From positions 1 to 64,000 of the forward strand of contig OZ251237.1 of the NCBI GenBank assembly GCA_965240325.2: 64,000 bases of DNA, read 5' to 3'. Below, one piece after another: positions 11,801-21,020 of the stretch. The position numbers and the translations under genes are program-made. Source of the DNA: Rebecca billardiae RCC1528 (taxonomy: Eukaryota > Protista > Haptophyta). Below the pieces are notes generated by a model that made no database searches, was not told the origin of the DNA, and saw nothing but the letters and a program-made list of their open reading frames with translations. Numbering within the stretch: the stretch's first letter is position 1; each line of letters starts with the position of its first letter.

Positions 11801-12568
11801 GGCGAGGGCGAGGGCGAGGCGGGCGGCAGCGACGGCGCGATTGCAGCCTCGGCCGCTAACGTCGAGGCAGTCGAGCACCTCGAGGCGCAGATGAGGGAGC
11901 GACGGCGGCTGCGCGGCGGCAGCAGCTCGAACGCGCAAGCCGCCGCACGCGCCGCGCGCGAGCCGGCTCTGCGGCGCGCGTGTGCGGCGCTGATGGCGTT
12001 GTGGGAGGTGCAGCGCCTGGTGAAGGACACGAGCTACGACGACTCGACCGAGCAGTCCCGCCGCGCGCACGCCGCCGCCTACCGCACGGCCTTCGAGGAC
12101 TTCGTCACCAAGCTCAAGGCGATGACGAGCAAGGACGTGCAGTCGCAGTACATAACGGAGGGGCTCGAGGTGATGCCCGACCTGATCGAGCGGTGGGGCA
12201 AGGTGGTGGCGTACGTGAACGAGCAGGTGCAGGAGCACATGGTGAAGCTGACGAAGGACTTCGCTCGCCGCGCGAGTGACCACTCCATCGAGCTCGGCTC
12301 GTACGTCGCCCACCTCGCGAGCGGTGCCAGCATCACGCGCAACCGTCGCTCCACTGCTGTCGGCCAGGTGCTCCGACGGCAGTGCGATGCGCTGTGCGCA
12401 CTCGAGCGCGCGGCGCAGACCAACAAGACGGCGCATCAGAAGCTGGCCGGCTCGAAGCGCCACATCGCGCACGAGGACAAGCCGGCGGTCACGCTCGAGG
12501 CTGACTGCGACCAGCTGTGGGAGGATCTCAAAAAGCAGCCCAAACCGTCGGGCCGGGGCGCGGACTGA
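8849..12568 (+). CDS. RAG1/Transib-like DDE transposase (1239 aa from ATG 8849) with Pro-rich N-terminus and long coiled coil
   Basis: Ordered motifs LVGSSDAG (D at 10760), FVYTGDLANLVGMMGL (D at 11207), RPVLWVEFDHYLLGVMHF, FKGADL and YITEGLEVMPDLIERWGKVVAYVNEQVQEHMVK (E at 12233). These parallel RAG1 core ESCDG, GTGYDEKLVREVEGL, KPF..SIDALH, MNGNF and [32 protein letters not shown]. Confidence 0.8.
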   Translation: MTSVSAETEAAEQRRAGAPAPPLIAAGRAAPAPAPAAQIESSKRRRLDGSHDGGATCAAPHDAAARAAAADTSCPPPEPASMPPPPPPPRADGAPPSSPVDPHPSTALLPVQAAAQGPPAAVVVGTPIARPNRRASPAARTPAARTPAQPRSTRRTPLSAASTVAADGSADVLAARVAELADENARMSHELARLRWADTQRQRLADRVRELEATNESLVADKADLENLLARSRAPGAVRSLEQQLSAARAAAAERAAAADETVAALEARLAAAEAGQRAASADAAASRAGRQAAELALAAAAQREASASAAERAAALAAARAEVSEELGRLQTDLAKARVATGAEHGNASQARARLVRACAELEAARSAHAVELAASNQRAAAAEAAAAEAAAAAAHEQRAAASSRQQVQKLDGEVTRLRGQLAHAQQQVSAAHAPLATRHRSDRPNPERRRQRQIIHAQNTLREVCGGDAELIAETAVRAFQSYGAARAIAAHVYGIKHAAVKSTIDFFQFEVFAARRLADFFSISKVSGRLWDWQREFIFRRYDPATAENGLLTVLKGEHGLATLRLKPYVSAAGIKSLNEKEAAENGLSIAYTENGRVASVDTVAAAHNVLRACDKKGACARPTGAPRLLVGSSDAGTVANKGKQRDWTSLCLRCAHRCDGNCCPSAVQPVGQAAYSDKNSGLSAGWAPHVPLFDFIARYGLLPCCVARLDVALHLDICPVPDAPAQRARSSAAAAAAPAPAAAAAPAPAPAAPTVPAGALPDAFKCGCEHPGFEPCDFVYTGDLANLVGMMGLGSHRTDPAKYSIHKVKLDDGTWAWRTVADAMLYSHSLVGKRCPCGWINHSDDDVEGERDRRIHMPSGQAKSDELHVHKNYWLRPVLWVEFDHYLLGVMHFCHNTFDQWFGAVWKDVDTLHEGDANFVKYDLVAALVSMGVTCLKPARRDGNEVAVPSFKGADLSLMRTELGMLMALQIVYGVADFFDGEGEGEAGGSDGAIAASAANVEAVEHLEAQMRERRRLRGGSSSNAQAAARAAREPALRRACAALMALWEVQRLVKDTSYDDSTEQSRRAHAAAYRTAFEDFVTKLKAMTSKDVQSQYITEGLEVMPDLIERWGKVVAYVNEQVQEHMVKLTKDFARRASDHSIELGSYVAHLASGASITRNRRSTAVGQVLRRQCDALCALERAAQTNKTAHQKLAGSKRHIAHEDKPAVTLEADCDQLWEDLKKQPKPSGRGAD

Positions 12569-13441
12569 CGAGTCACGGTCGCGCGGCGCCGCGGCCGCTC
12601 CGATCCGCGGCGGCGGAGACAGCATGCTGATGATGATCGATATGATGATAAGCGAGGCGCTGTATGACGCACGCATGCCTGGCGATATACCGCCGCCAGC
12701 CAACCAGGAGACCATCAATAACGCTGGTCGAGTCTGTGAGTGGTAGCACACAAGCCACGCCGCGACCGGGCGGCCGGCGAGCACGATCGTCTCCCGTCTT
12801 CGATCTGCTTTCTCGCACGCGGCGCGGGGTGTCGCGGGGCCTGCTGCTCGGAGTAGCAACGTGCTGAGGAGTGCTGATGAGTGTCAAATCGAGTGCACGC
12901 GCACTTTCGGCTGCCGCGCCGGCCTCGTCTCCGAGGAAGAAAGGAGTACTGTGCACATCCATAAAAAATGGTCAGCACGGGCGCTCGAGCCGCCCGAGCG
13001 GCACGCGACCTCAACTGCACCTGTCCCGATCTCGAGCTGTGGGCAGGGCGGGGTGGCTTGGATCGATGGGGAGACGCTCGGGGAAAATCGCCGGGGTAGT
13101 CTGCGACTGCGCGCGCACGCTCCCCGCCCTTCCGCGCGTCGCGCGCCGCCATGCTGAATTTCCGCGAGCGGGCGCGTGCTGGGGGGGGCCCGTAACGACA
13201 TCTTTCCTGAAATCTTGCGCTGTGCTATAAGATGCATGCGAGTTACCGAGCTGACGTATACTTCAGGCTCAGCTGAGCCTGTCTCATCGTCGACCGGCGG
13301 ATCGAGTGTGATCGACGAGTGGATAGTCGATAGACGGCGTGAGGCGGTGATGCCATTCTCACTCAGATTCTGACGACGGACACGGTCATCATATAACATA
13401 TTGGCTATTGCTCCCAGTGGCCCGCTGATATCATTCATTTG

Positions 13442-14509
13442 TCAGAGAGGCCACCGTGCCGTGGCGGAGTCCGGCGACTCCACGACCAACCGCGAGAGCA
13501 CCGCCGCCTTCTCGCGCTCAAACGCGTGCGCGGTCGGGACGGGCCCGAACGAGACGCAGTAGACGTGCATCATCTGGCCGCCGCCGTGGCCGAGCAGCGT
13601 GCGCTTCGCAGCCATCATGATGATGGCGGCGACCAGGTCGGGCGGGAAGCGGCGCGCGCCGGTGGAGATCGCCGGGATCGCCAGCGAGGTTGCGCCGCGC
13701 TCGAGCGCCGCCTCAAACACGCGCTCGACCAGCCTCGCCTGCTCGTGCAGCTTCTGCACGCGCTCGCTGCCGTTCTGGTACGCGCCAAACCAGTTGATGC
13801 CGACGCAGTGCGCGAGCCACTTGGCCTTGAGCGTGCCAAAGGACGGCGTGACGACCACCTCGCCCGCCTGGACGACCGCCGCGCCAGCCGCGCCGTGCCG
13901 GCTCACGTGGCGGTACTCCCTGCGGATGTGCGCGACGAGCGCCGGGCCGGCCGCGCGGTACACGGCCTGCAGAGCGCCGAAGCCCGGGTTCTCCAGCCAC
14001 TCGTTGGACGGGACGGCGATCACGTCCACGGGCATCGGCAGCTGCGAGATGTCCGCCTCGATGACGTGCAGGTGTGCGCGCAGCTGCTCGCGCACCGCGT
14101 GCAGCCGGGCAAAGTTGGGCAACCCCCCGGAGAGAGAGAGCGTTGGCGTCGCGCCGAGCGCGAGCCACACTGCGCCGTCCACGCCGCCGCTCTCCGCGCC
14201 GCCGCTCGTGTCGGGCTCGTCCTCGAGGGAGGCTCGCGACATGAGGTCCGACAGGTCACTGGACGAGGATGCATGCTCCGAGCCGCGCTCGCGTGATGCG
14301 CTCTCGCCGTGTGCAAACTCGACCGCCGCGAGAGCATCCCACATGCTGTCGGCCGCCCGCACCACGTGGGCGCATGTGCTGGACGTGCGCATGAGCTGGA
14401 CGAGTGAGGGGGCGCTGAGCATGCCGAGCACGTGCTTCAGCAGCTCGTCGGGAAGCGCGGTGATGATGCACAGACCTGGATCCACGCAGGACCGAGCGTG
14501 GAGGTCCAT
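13442..14509 (-). CDS. F-box + Macro (ADP-ribose-binding) domain protein
   Basis: F-box ITALPDELLKHVLGMLSAPSL. Macro motifs LHVIEADIS, DVIAVPSN, AVYRAAG, GEVVVTPS..LKAKWLAHCVG and SLAIPAISTGARRFP. Confidence 0.85.
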   Translation of the reverse strand: MDLHARSCVDPGLCIITALPDELLKHVLGMLSAPSLVQLMRTSSTCAHVVRAADSMWDALAAVEFAHGESASRERGSEHASSSSDLSDLMSRASLEDEPDTSGGAESGGVDGAVWLALGATPTLSLSGGLPNFARLHAVREQLRAHLHVIEADISQLPMPVDVIAVPSNEWLENPGFGALQAVYRAAGPALVAHIRREYRHVSRHGAAGAAVVQAGEVVVTPSFGTLKAKWLAHCVGINWFGAYQNGSERVQKLHEQARLVERVFEAALERGATSLAIPAISTGARRFPPDLVAAIIMMAAKRTLLGHGGGQMMHVYCVSFGPVPTAHAFEREKAAVLSRLVVESPDSATARWPL

Positions 14510-14615
14510 GCTCTCTCTCTCTCGACCCGGCGCCGGGCGGGTCGACGGAGGCCGCTTGTGTGCGAAGCAGACACGGCCCGGCCCGGGCGCCCGGCCGTCT
14601 GCAGATGTGTACTTC

Positions 14616-16792
14616 CTAGGGAGGTCCGGGCCGGGCGGGGGAGCTCCCAGAGTGCACTCGAGCGAAAACGTGCCAGGCTAGGCATGCGCGGCCCAGTGCG
14701 GGCTAGGCATCGGGGGCGATGCCTAGCCCGGCCAGGCTAGGCATTCGCCCATACCCTCGCGTCGTCAGAACTTTCGGAAACGAAAGTCGCGCAAAGGCGG
14801 CCCCGGTCTTCTTTCACGGCGGCGCAAGGGGCGCGGGGGCGCTGGCTCGCGACCCGAAGGGCAGTCGCTCGCGACCTCGCTTGGGCGGCGGCAGCGGCGC
14901 TGCGGCATCCTGTTTGCCACGCGCGCGGCTGTGTGCGATCGCGCGGTCCCGTTCGTCGCCACGCCGCGCGCGACCGTTCACGGCACAGTCTTTCCGCACT
15001 GTGAGCACCCCTTGCCAGCGCACGGCGGCGGAGAGCCCAGACAGCCCGTCACTCGCGCGACGTCCTTGTGGGATGCGATGTACTCACCCTAATGCTAGCA
15101 TGCGCCTGCGTTTTGGTGAGCCTGTTCAGCATCCAGACCACTCTCTACTGCTGCAAGATGAGTCATCGTCTGCCAATCGGTCAACGAGTCATGGACAGCG
15201 CAGCAGTCGTCCATGATCCTCTTGCCCACCCCGTGGGCAAGCGCATGCCTCCGGGAACCCAAAGAACCTGGGTACATCGCATCCCACAAGGACGTCGCGC
15301 GCGTGACGGGCTGTCTGGGCTCTCCGCCGCCGTGCGCTGGCAAGGGGTGCTCACAGTGCGGAAAGACTGTGCCGTGAACGGTCGCGCGCGGCGTGGCGAC
15401 GAACGGGACCGCGCGATCGCACACAGCCGCGCGCGTGGCAAACAGGATGCCGCAGCGCCGCTGCCGCCGCCCAAGCGAGGTCGCGAGCGACTGCCCTTCG
15501 GGTCGCGAGCCAGCGCCCCCGCGCCCCTTGCGCCGCCGTGAAAGAAGACCGGGGCCGCCTTTGCGCGACTTTCGTTTCCGAAAGTTCTGACGACGCGAGG
15601 GTATGGGCGAATGCCTAGCCTGGCCGGGCTAGGCATCGCCCCCGATGCCTAGCCCGCACTGGGCCGCGCATGCCTAGCCTGGCACGTTTTCGCTCGAGTG
15701 CACTCTCCCAGCGAGCGGCCAGCGCGACATCACTCCGAAGTTTTCCCTGAGCGCCGGGCGGCGGCGGCGGCGAGGGCGAGTGCTCCGCTGGCGGGGCGCG
15801 CACGGGGCACGGCGCAGCGGGCGCGGATGTGCCCGCAGAGCCGGCGCGTGCGGACGGGCTGTTGCGGGAGAGCATCTGGCGCCCTCCTGCGCCGCGCGTC
15901 TTGCGCCACGCCTCTTTCGCCTCGGCTCGGGGCAGCGCGCACGTGTGCGCCGCCTCAAGGCCAGCCTTGCCGCGCCGCAGCCGACCGCGCGCGCGCCGTG
16001 CGCGGCGTGGTCGGGAAGGAACGGGCGCTGCTGCCGGGCGAGATGGCGACACCATACGCGCACGCCATGCCGCCCCGCGATGCCGCGACAGGGCACGGCA
16101 ATAGATCTGCACAGCTGTTGACGAGTGCTGATCGCTTGTCGTGCCAAGCCAGAACTGAGCTCGAAGAAGATGATGAAAGAGCACCAGCGCGAGGAAAGCG
16201 TCGCATTCCGCACTTCTACATGACCACGCAGTGATGAACATCCACGCACTGGAGTAGCCCGCGTGCCCGTCTGGCACTGTTCTGCGTCTCAATGATCGTC
16301 CCGACAAGGGTCACTACCGCGAGGCCGTGCACGCCATTTGTGACAAGTCAAAGAGGCATGCAAACGGACCGACGACACGGTCGTCAAGGCGTGGCGGGGC
16401 GGCATGGCGTGCGCGTATGGTGTCGCCATCTCGCCCGGCAGCAGCGCCCGTTCCTTCCCGACCACGCCGCGCACGGCGCGCGCGCGGTCGGCTGCGGCGC
16501 GGCAAGGCTGGCCTTGAGGCGGCGCACACGTGCGCGCTGCCCCGAGCCGAGGCGAAAGAGGCGTGGCGCAAGACGCGCGGCGCAGGAGGGCGCCAGATGC
16601 TCTCCCGCAACAGCCCGTCCGCACGCGCCGGCTCTGCGGGCACATCCGCGCCCGCTGCGCCGTGCCCCGTGCGCGCCCCGCCAGCGGAGCACTCGCCCTC
16701 GCCGCCGCCGCCGCCCGGCGCTCAGGGAAAACTTCGGAGTGATGTCAGAGCGCTGGCCGCTCGCTGGGAGCTCCCGGCCCGGACCTCCCTTG
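14616..16792. mobile_element. Non-autonomous foldback element, P/Galileo-like (outer element; about 1.1 kb without the insert)
   Basis: 7-bp TSD GTACTTC (14609-14615; 16793-16799). Ends CTAGGGAGG and CCTCCCTTG. About 400-bp inverted arms (14616-14649 plus 15711-16078, versus 16394-16792) around a 315-bp spacer. Confidence 0.8.
14650..15705. mobile_element. Non-autonomous foldback element nested in the left arm of the outer element
   Basis: 434-bp near-perfect inverted arms (14650-15083; 15272-15705) with a 188-bp spacer. GAG...CTC termini. TSD TCCCA (14645-14649; 15706-15710). Confidence 0.88.
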
Positions 16793-16960
16793 GTACTTCT
16801 CAGATCGGTATCTCCACGAGCGGGATGGGAACTCGCCGCCACCAACCGGTTCAGACTCTTGCTGGTTGCTTGGGAAGCTGAGACGTGACTTCCCGCGCGG
16901 CAGCCATCGCCCGACGTCAAGCTCGACCGATACGTTGAGCCCCAGAACGCGCGTCTGGTC

Positions 16961-17395
16961 ATGACGATTGCGCTGGAAGACATCGTGCAGGTCAAGTACA
17001 TCGACCGCGATGGGAAGAAGTTCGATAAGGTCTCCCGGCTGGAATGCAAGAGCGAGAACTACGAGATGGAGCTGGTGCTCGACGTGAACACCGACCTGTA
17101 CCCGGTCAAGCTGAACGACAAGCTGTCCCTCGCGCTGGCGACGTCGCTCCAAGAAGGTGTGCCCGACTCGGGCACGTACGACCCGCAGCCCGGGCCCTCC
17201 CTCCTCGACCAGTACGAGTACGCCATGTACGGCAAGGTGTACAAGTGGGTCGAGGAGAAGGACAAGGCGCCCAACGCGGTCGTGAGCGTGTATGTGTCGT
17301 TTGGGGGATTGCTGATGATGATCAAGGGTGATCCACGGCACCTCAAGGACCTGGAACCAGAGGGCCGGATCTACCTGCTCATCAGGAAGGTCTAA
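16961..17395 (+). CDS. RPB8: DNA-directed RNA polymerases I/II/III subunit RPABC3
   Basis: KKFDKVSRL, LDVNTDLYP, YEYAMYGKVY and YVSFGGLLM signature motifs; 144 aa. Confidence 0.97.
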   Translation: MTIALEDIVQVKYIDRDGKKFDKVSRLECKSENYEMELVLDVNTDLYPVKLNDKLSLALATSLQEGVPDSGTYDPQPGPSLLDQYEYAMYGKVYKWVEEKDKAPNAVVSVYVSFGGLLMMIKGDPRHLKDLEPEGRIYLLIRKV

Positions 17396-18200
17396 GCGGA
17401 TGGGTCTAAGCGGAGCATGTGGCGCTACACTGACACTCACATCCACGACTCACTGCGGTACGTAGTACACGTCCCGACGGCTCACTGCGTCTAATCCGAA
17501 TTGGCTGATGCGGATGCCGCCCCTAAGATCAGTTCACAGCATCACCGCCGGCCGTTTGATCAGCGCGGCCCACAGCACAGGGGCGGCAGCTGCGACACGC
17601 GCTGCAGCGCCGCGGCAGCGCTCTGCGTCCGCGGCGGCTCTGTGACTCTCCGTCATATTTATTATTTAATGCCCCGGTGTCCGCGGATCCGTATCCTGAT
17701 TAGTACGTACTACGTGTCGTCCGAACGAACCGGTCGTTGTCCCGACGCCCAGCTATACCAACGGTGGACATATTATTACCAGCTATTCGCCGAGCGCGAC
17801 TGATATGTCTTCAACCGCATGCGTGACACGCTGCCATCCGCTGTGACGATAAGAGGCTGCGCGCGACCACGGTCCAGCTGGCACGGCCACGGGTAGGTCG
17901 GCCGCCGAGTCGCGCCACGCGCGTCCGCTCGGCGCCAGTCGTGGCCAACGGCGTTCGGCAACGGGGCGGGCTGGGCGCAGGCTTTCAGTCCGCCCTTGCC
18001 ACGACGATGCGGAATATATATCGTGGTAGCGCGCGCAGGCGGAAAAACAGTAAACACGCAGACTCGTCTAGCTTACTACTCAGTTAACTCTATGACTATG
18101 GCGCCTCGGAAGGCTGAACGGCTGCTGCGCCTGATGAGGCTGCTCAGTGGGTCAGTGAGCTGATGCGCTCAGTCGATTTGACTGCGCTACCACGAACTAC

Positions 18201-20759
18201 TCACGAGAGCACGCACACGCCGCTGGCCTCGCGACCGGCGCTCGCGCTCGGCCCCACGTCGCTCGCGGCGGCGCGCGCGGCGCTGGGCCCGGGCGGCTCG
18301 CCGCCGGCGCCGGCCCCCCCCGTGGCCGCAGCCGAGTCGCGCGCGCGCGCGCCGCCCGCCGCCGCCGACGCGGCGCGGGAGAGGGCGCGCGCCGGCGGCG
18401 CGCGCTCGGGCGGCAGCAGCGCGTCGCGCGGCGCAAAGTCGATCGAGAGGTCCGCGAGCACCGGTCGGTGGTCGGACGAGCGCACCGCCTCGACCGCGTT
18501 GTAGTAGTGCAGCCGCACCGCGCCCGCCGCGCCCGCCGGCGGCGCGAAGAGGATCCGGTCCGTCCACGCCGGGATGCGCGCCTTCTCCGAGCGGTCGTAC
18601 ACGCTCGGATCGCGCGAGTCGAACTTGTACGTCGGGCGGAAGCGGATCTCGCCCTCGACGCACGCGCGCAGCACGCGCCCCGCCACCAGCTGCAGCCGCA
18701 GCTGGTCGTTGCGCTGGAGCACGCGCAGGTTCTGCGCCGCGTGCGCGCGCGCGCCCGCCCACTCCGCCGCCGCCATCTCGCGCGCGCTCGGCGGCGCCAG
18801 CAGCTTGTCCACGATCGACCGGTTGCCGTTCACGCGGTAGTTGAGGTCGCCCAGCCAGAAGACGCGCTCGAAGCGCGCGGAGAGCGAGGCGCGCGCGGCG
18901 CGGCCCGCGCGCGCGCGGCTCGCGCCCGGCGGCCACAGCTCGAGGTGCGCGTCGATCCGCGCCAGGTCGGCGTTGCGCGCCTCCACCGCGCGCTGCCCCG
19001 CGCTCAGGTGGCACGAGACGAACGCGCAGCTCGTGCGGCCGAGCAGCAGCGAGACGCCCACCGCGCCCTTGTTGCCCAGCGCGTTGGCATACCCCGTCGC
19101 GACGTGCGCGGTGCGCACGCCGCTCACCTGCCGCGCGAGCTCGTGCGTCGCGTACACGGCGATGTGCATCGCCGCGAGCGTGTGCGACGCGAGCAGTACG
19201 TACCCATCGCCCAGCGTGCCGCCGAGGCTCGCCTCCCACTTGGCCTTGGAGGGCAGCAGCATCGAGCGCTCGATCGAGCGCTCCGCCTCCTGGCTGCCCA
19301 CCACGTAGAGATCGTACTGCGGCGGCGGGGGCGCGCCGCCGCCCTCCTCCTCCTCCTCCGCGCCCGCCCAGCTGTGCGCGTGCTGCAGCAGCTGCGGCAC
19401 GCGCTCGGGCGGCTCCTTGCCGTGCATGTTCCACGTGACCAGGCACGCGCGCACGCTGCCCGAGGCGAGGCCGGCCGCGGCCGCGGCGGCGGGCGGGGGC
19501 GGGACGAACGGGGCGAGCGTGCTCGCGCGGCGCGCGAGCACGGGCACCGCCGCGCCGGCCTGCGCCCTGAGCAGCGCCGCCGCCTCCTGCAGCGCGGACT
19601 CCCCGAGCGGCCTCCCCGCCACCTCCACGATCTCGTCGCGCGGCCGCAGCGCCGCGTGTCCGCACGGCTCGACCACCCTGTTCGTTGCGTCGAGCGATGG
19701 CAACGCGCTGCCCGCGAGCAGCTCGGTGCTCACGAGCACGACCTCGCCCGGCGCGAGGTCGGACGCGGGCTCGGCCGCGGAGGCGGGCGCGAACGGGGCG
19801 GGCTCGTCCAGCCCGCCGCCGTCGAGGCCGAGCTGCGCCGCCGACGCGCCGTGCGCCGGCTCGGAGCGCGAGCGCGCGGGCAGCGGCGCGCCCTCGTCGT
19901 CGAGCTCGGCGGCGCCGCGCGCGCTGCCGCTGCTCCGGCCGCTGCGCTTGCCGCTCGCGCGCGCGGGCCGTCCCCCGGGCGAGCTCACCGCCGTCACGAG
20001 CCGCGGCGGCTGCAGCGCAGCGGCCGGCTCGTGCACCGCCGCCACCGCCGTCTTCGCCGCCGCCGCGGACGACGGCGCGTCGGCCGCAGCCGTGGAGGCG
20101 GAGGCGGTGGCAGTGGCAGGGGAGGGCGCAGCGTCCGCGCCGAGCGCGCGCTGCGGCGGCGGGGCGGGCGGCGCGTCGGCGGCGGCCGGCGGCGCAGCCT
20201 GCCACTCGGCGCGCTTCGCCGCGCTCGCCGCGGCGATCGCGCGCCTGGCGGCGAGGGACGGGCTGGACGTGCCACTCGCGAGCGCGGGCGCGGTGCTGTC
20301 GAGCGAGCGCACAATCACCTGCAGCCGGAGCTGGCTCGGCGCCTCGATCTGGAAGAGCGCGGGCGGCGGCGCGTCCGCGCTCGGGTCCGCGCGCGCCGCT
20401 GCCGCGGCCCAGCCCGCGTCGGCCGCGCCGTCGTCCGCGTGGCGCTGCGGCATGTGCATCAGCGGCATCTCCGCGACTGCGCGCTCGAGCGCGGCGACGC
20501 GCTCCGCGTACGGCCGCATGTCGTACGCCGTGCCGCCGGCGCTCCCGTGCGCTTGCCTCGGCGAGCGAGGCGAGCGCGGCTCGGTCGCCGAGCCGAAGCG
20601 CGCGCGCTGCGCAAACACGGGAGCGGGAGCCGCCGGGCCGAGATCGTCGCCGCGCGCCGCCGCGATGGCCGCGGCGCGCGCGTGCAGCTTGGACGTGGGC
20701 ACGTACAGCGCGCCGGTGGCGTCGTCGTCAGCGGCGCCGGCGGCGCTGCCGAGCTCCAT
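18201..20759 (-). CDS. Inositol polyphosphate 5-phosphatase, INPP5E-like, with C-terminal CaaX
   Basis: Motifs VTWNMHG, VVGSQE, GNKGAV, CHLSAG, FWLGDLNYR, PTYKFD, RIPAWTDRILF and SDHRPV. Ends in CVLS. A PDZ-like segment (LRPRDEIVEVAG) lies upstream of the catalytic domain. Confidence 0.92.
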   Translation of the reverse strand: MELGSAAGAADDDATGALYVPTSKLHARAAAIAAARGDDLGPAAPAPVFAQRARFGSATEPRSPRSPRQAHGSAGGTAYDMRPYAERVAALERAVAEMPLMHMPQRHADDGAADAGWAAAAARADPSADAPPPALFQIEAPSQLRLQVIVRSLDSTAPALASGTSSPSLAARRAIAAASAAKRAEWQAAPPAAADAPPAPPPQRALGADAAPSPATATASASTAAADAPSSAAAAKTAVAAVHEPAAALQPPRLVTAVSSPGGRPARASGKRSGRSSGSARGAAELDDEGAPLPARSRSEPAHGASAAQLGLDGGGLDEPAPFAPASAAEPASDLAPGEVVLVSTELLAGSALPSLDATNRVVEPCGHAALRPRDEIVEVAGRPLGESALQEAAALLRAQAGAAVPVLARRASTLAPFVPPPPAAAAAAGLASGSVRACLVTWNMHGKEPPERVPQLLQHAHSWAGAEEEEEGGGAPPPPQYDLYVVGSQEAERSIERSMLLPSKAKWEASLGGTLGDGYVLLASHTLAAMHIAVYATHELARQVSGVRTAHVATGYANALGNKGAVGVSLLLGRTSCAFVSCHLSAGQRAVEARNADLARIDAHLELWPPGASRARAGRAARASLSARFERVFWLGDLNYRVNGNRSIVDKLLAPPSAREMAAAEWAGARAHAAQNLRVLQRNDQLRLQLVAGRVLRACVEGEIRFRPTYKFDSRDPSVYDRSEKARIPAWTDRILFAPPAGAAGAVRLHYYNAVEAVRSSDHRPVLADLSIDFAPRDALLPPERAPPARALSRAASAAAGGARARDSAAATGGAGAGGEPPGPSAARAAASDVGPSASAGREASGVCVLS

Positions 20760-21020
20760 CCGTGCACGCTCGTCCGTCCGCGCCTCACACAACGAGCGCG
20801 GGTGCAGACATCCTGCCCCCAAAGTTCCAACGGCGCCGGGAACGACGATGGCGGCCTTTCGATCTCCGGATCTCCAAGCCTCTTGTCGGTTCGTTTTCCT
20901 GTTCGTTTTGCCAGCGAGCAAACAGCCGGATCGTCGTTTCGACCGTGGCAGGCGCGGACCTCATCGTTCGACAGGCGGACCGCCACGACATCGCAGCGGC
21001 GGCAGGACGGGCTGCGGCGG

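Larger units (their letters stand above)
7376..13224 (+). mobile_element. Putatively autonomous DNA transposon of the Transib/RAG/CMC group with CACAGCG termini and a 2-bp TSD (CT)
   Basis: TIRs CACAGCGCAGGAT (7376-7388) and ATCTTGCGCTGTG (13212-13224) match at 12/13. CT lies immediately outside both ends (7374-7375; 13225-13226). The element encloses two intronless ORFs, one a DDE transposase. Confidence 0.85.

Noticed and set aside
14719-16888. Duplicated ORFs in opposite orientations
   Set aside because: By-products of the foldback arms, with no coding signature or transposase motifs.
17650-18075. Possible Helitron-like insert (TC plus AT-rich start, CTAG near 18068)
   Set aside because: No clear subterminal hairpin and no A/T insertion site, so it is unsupported without copy evidence.
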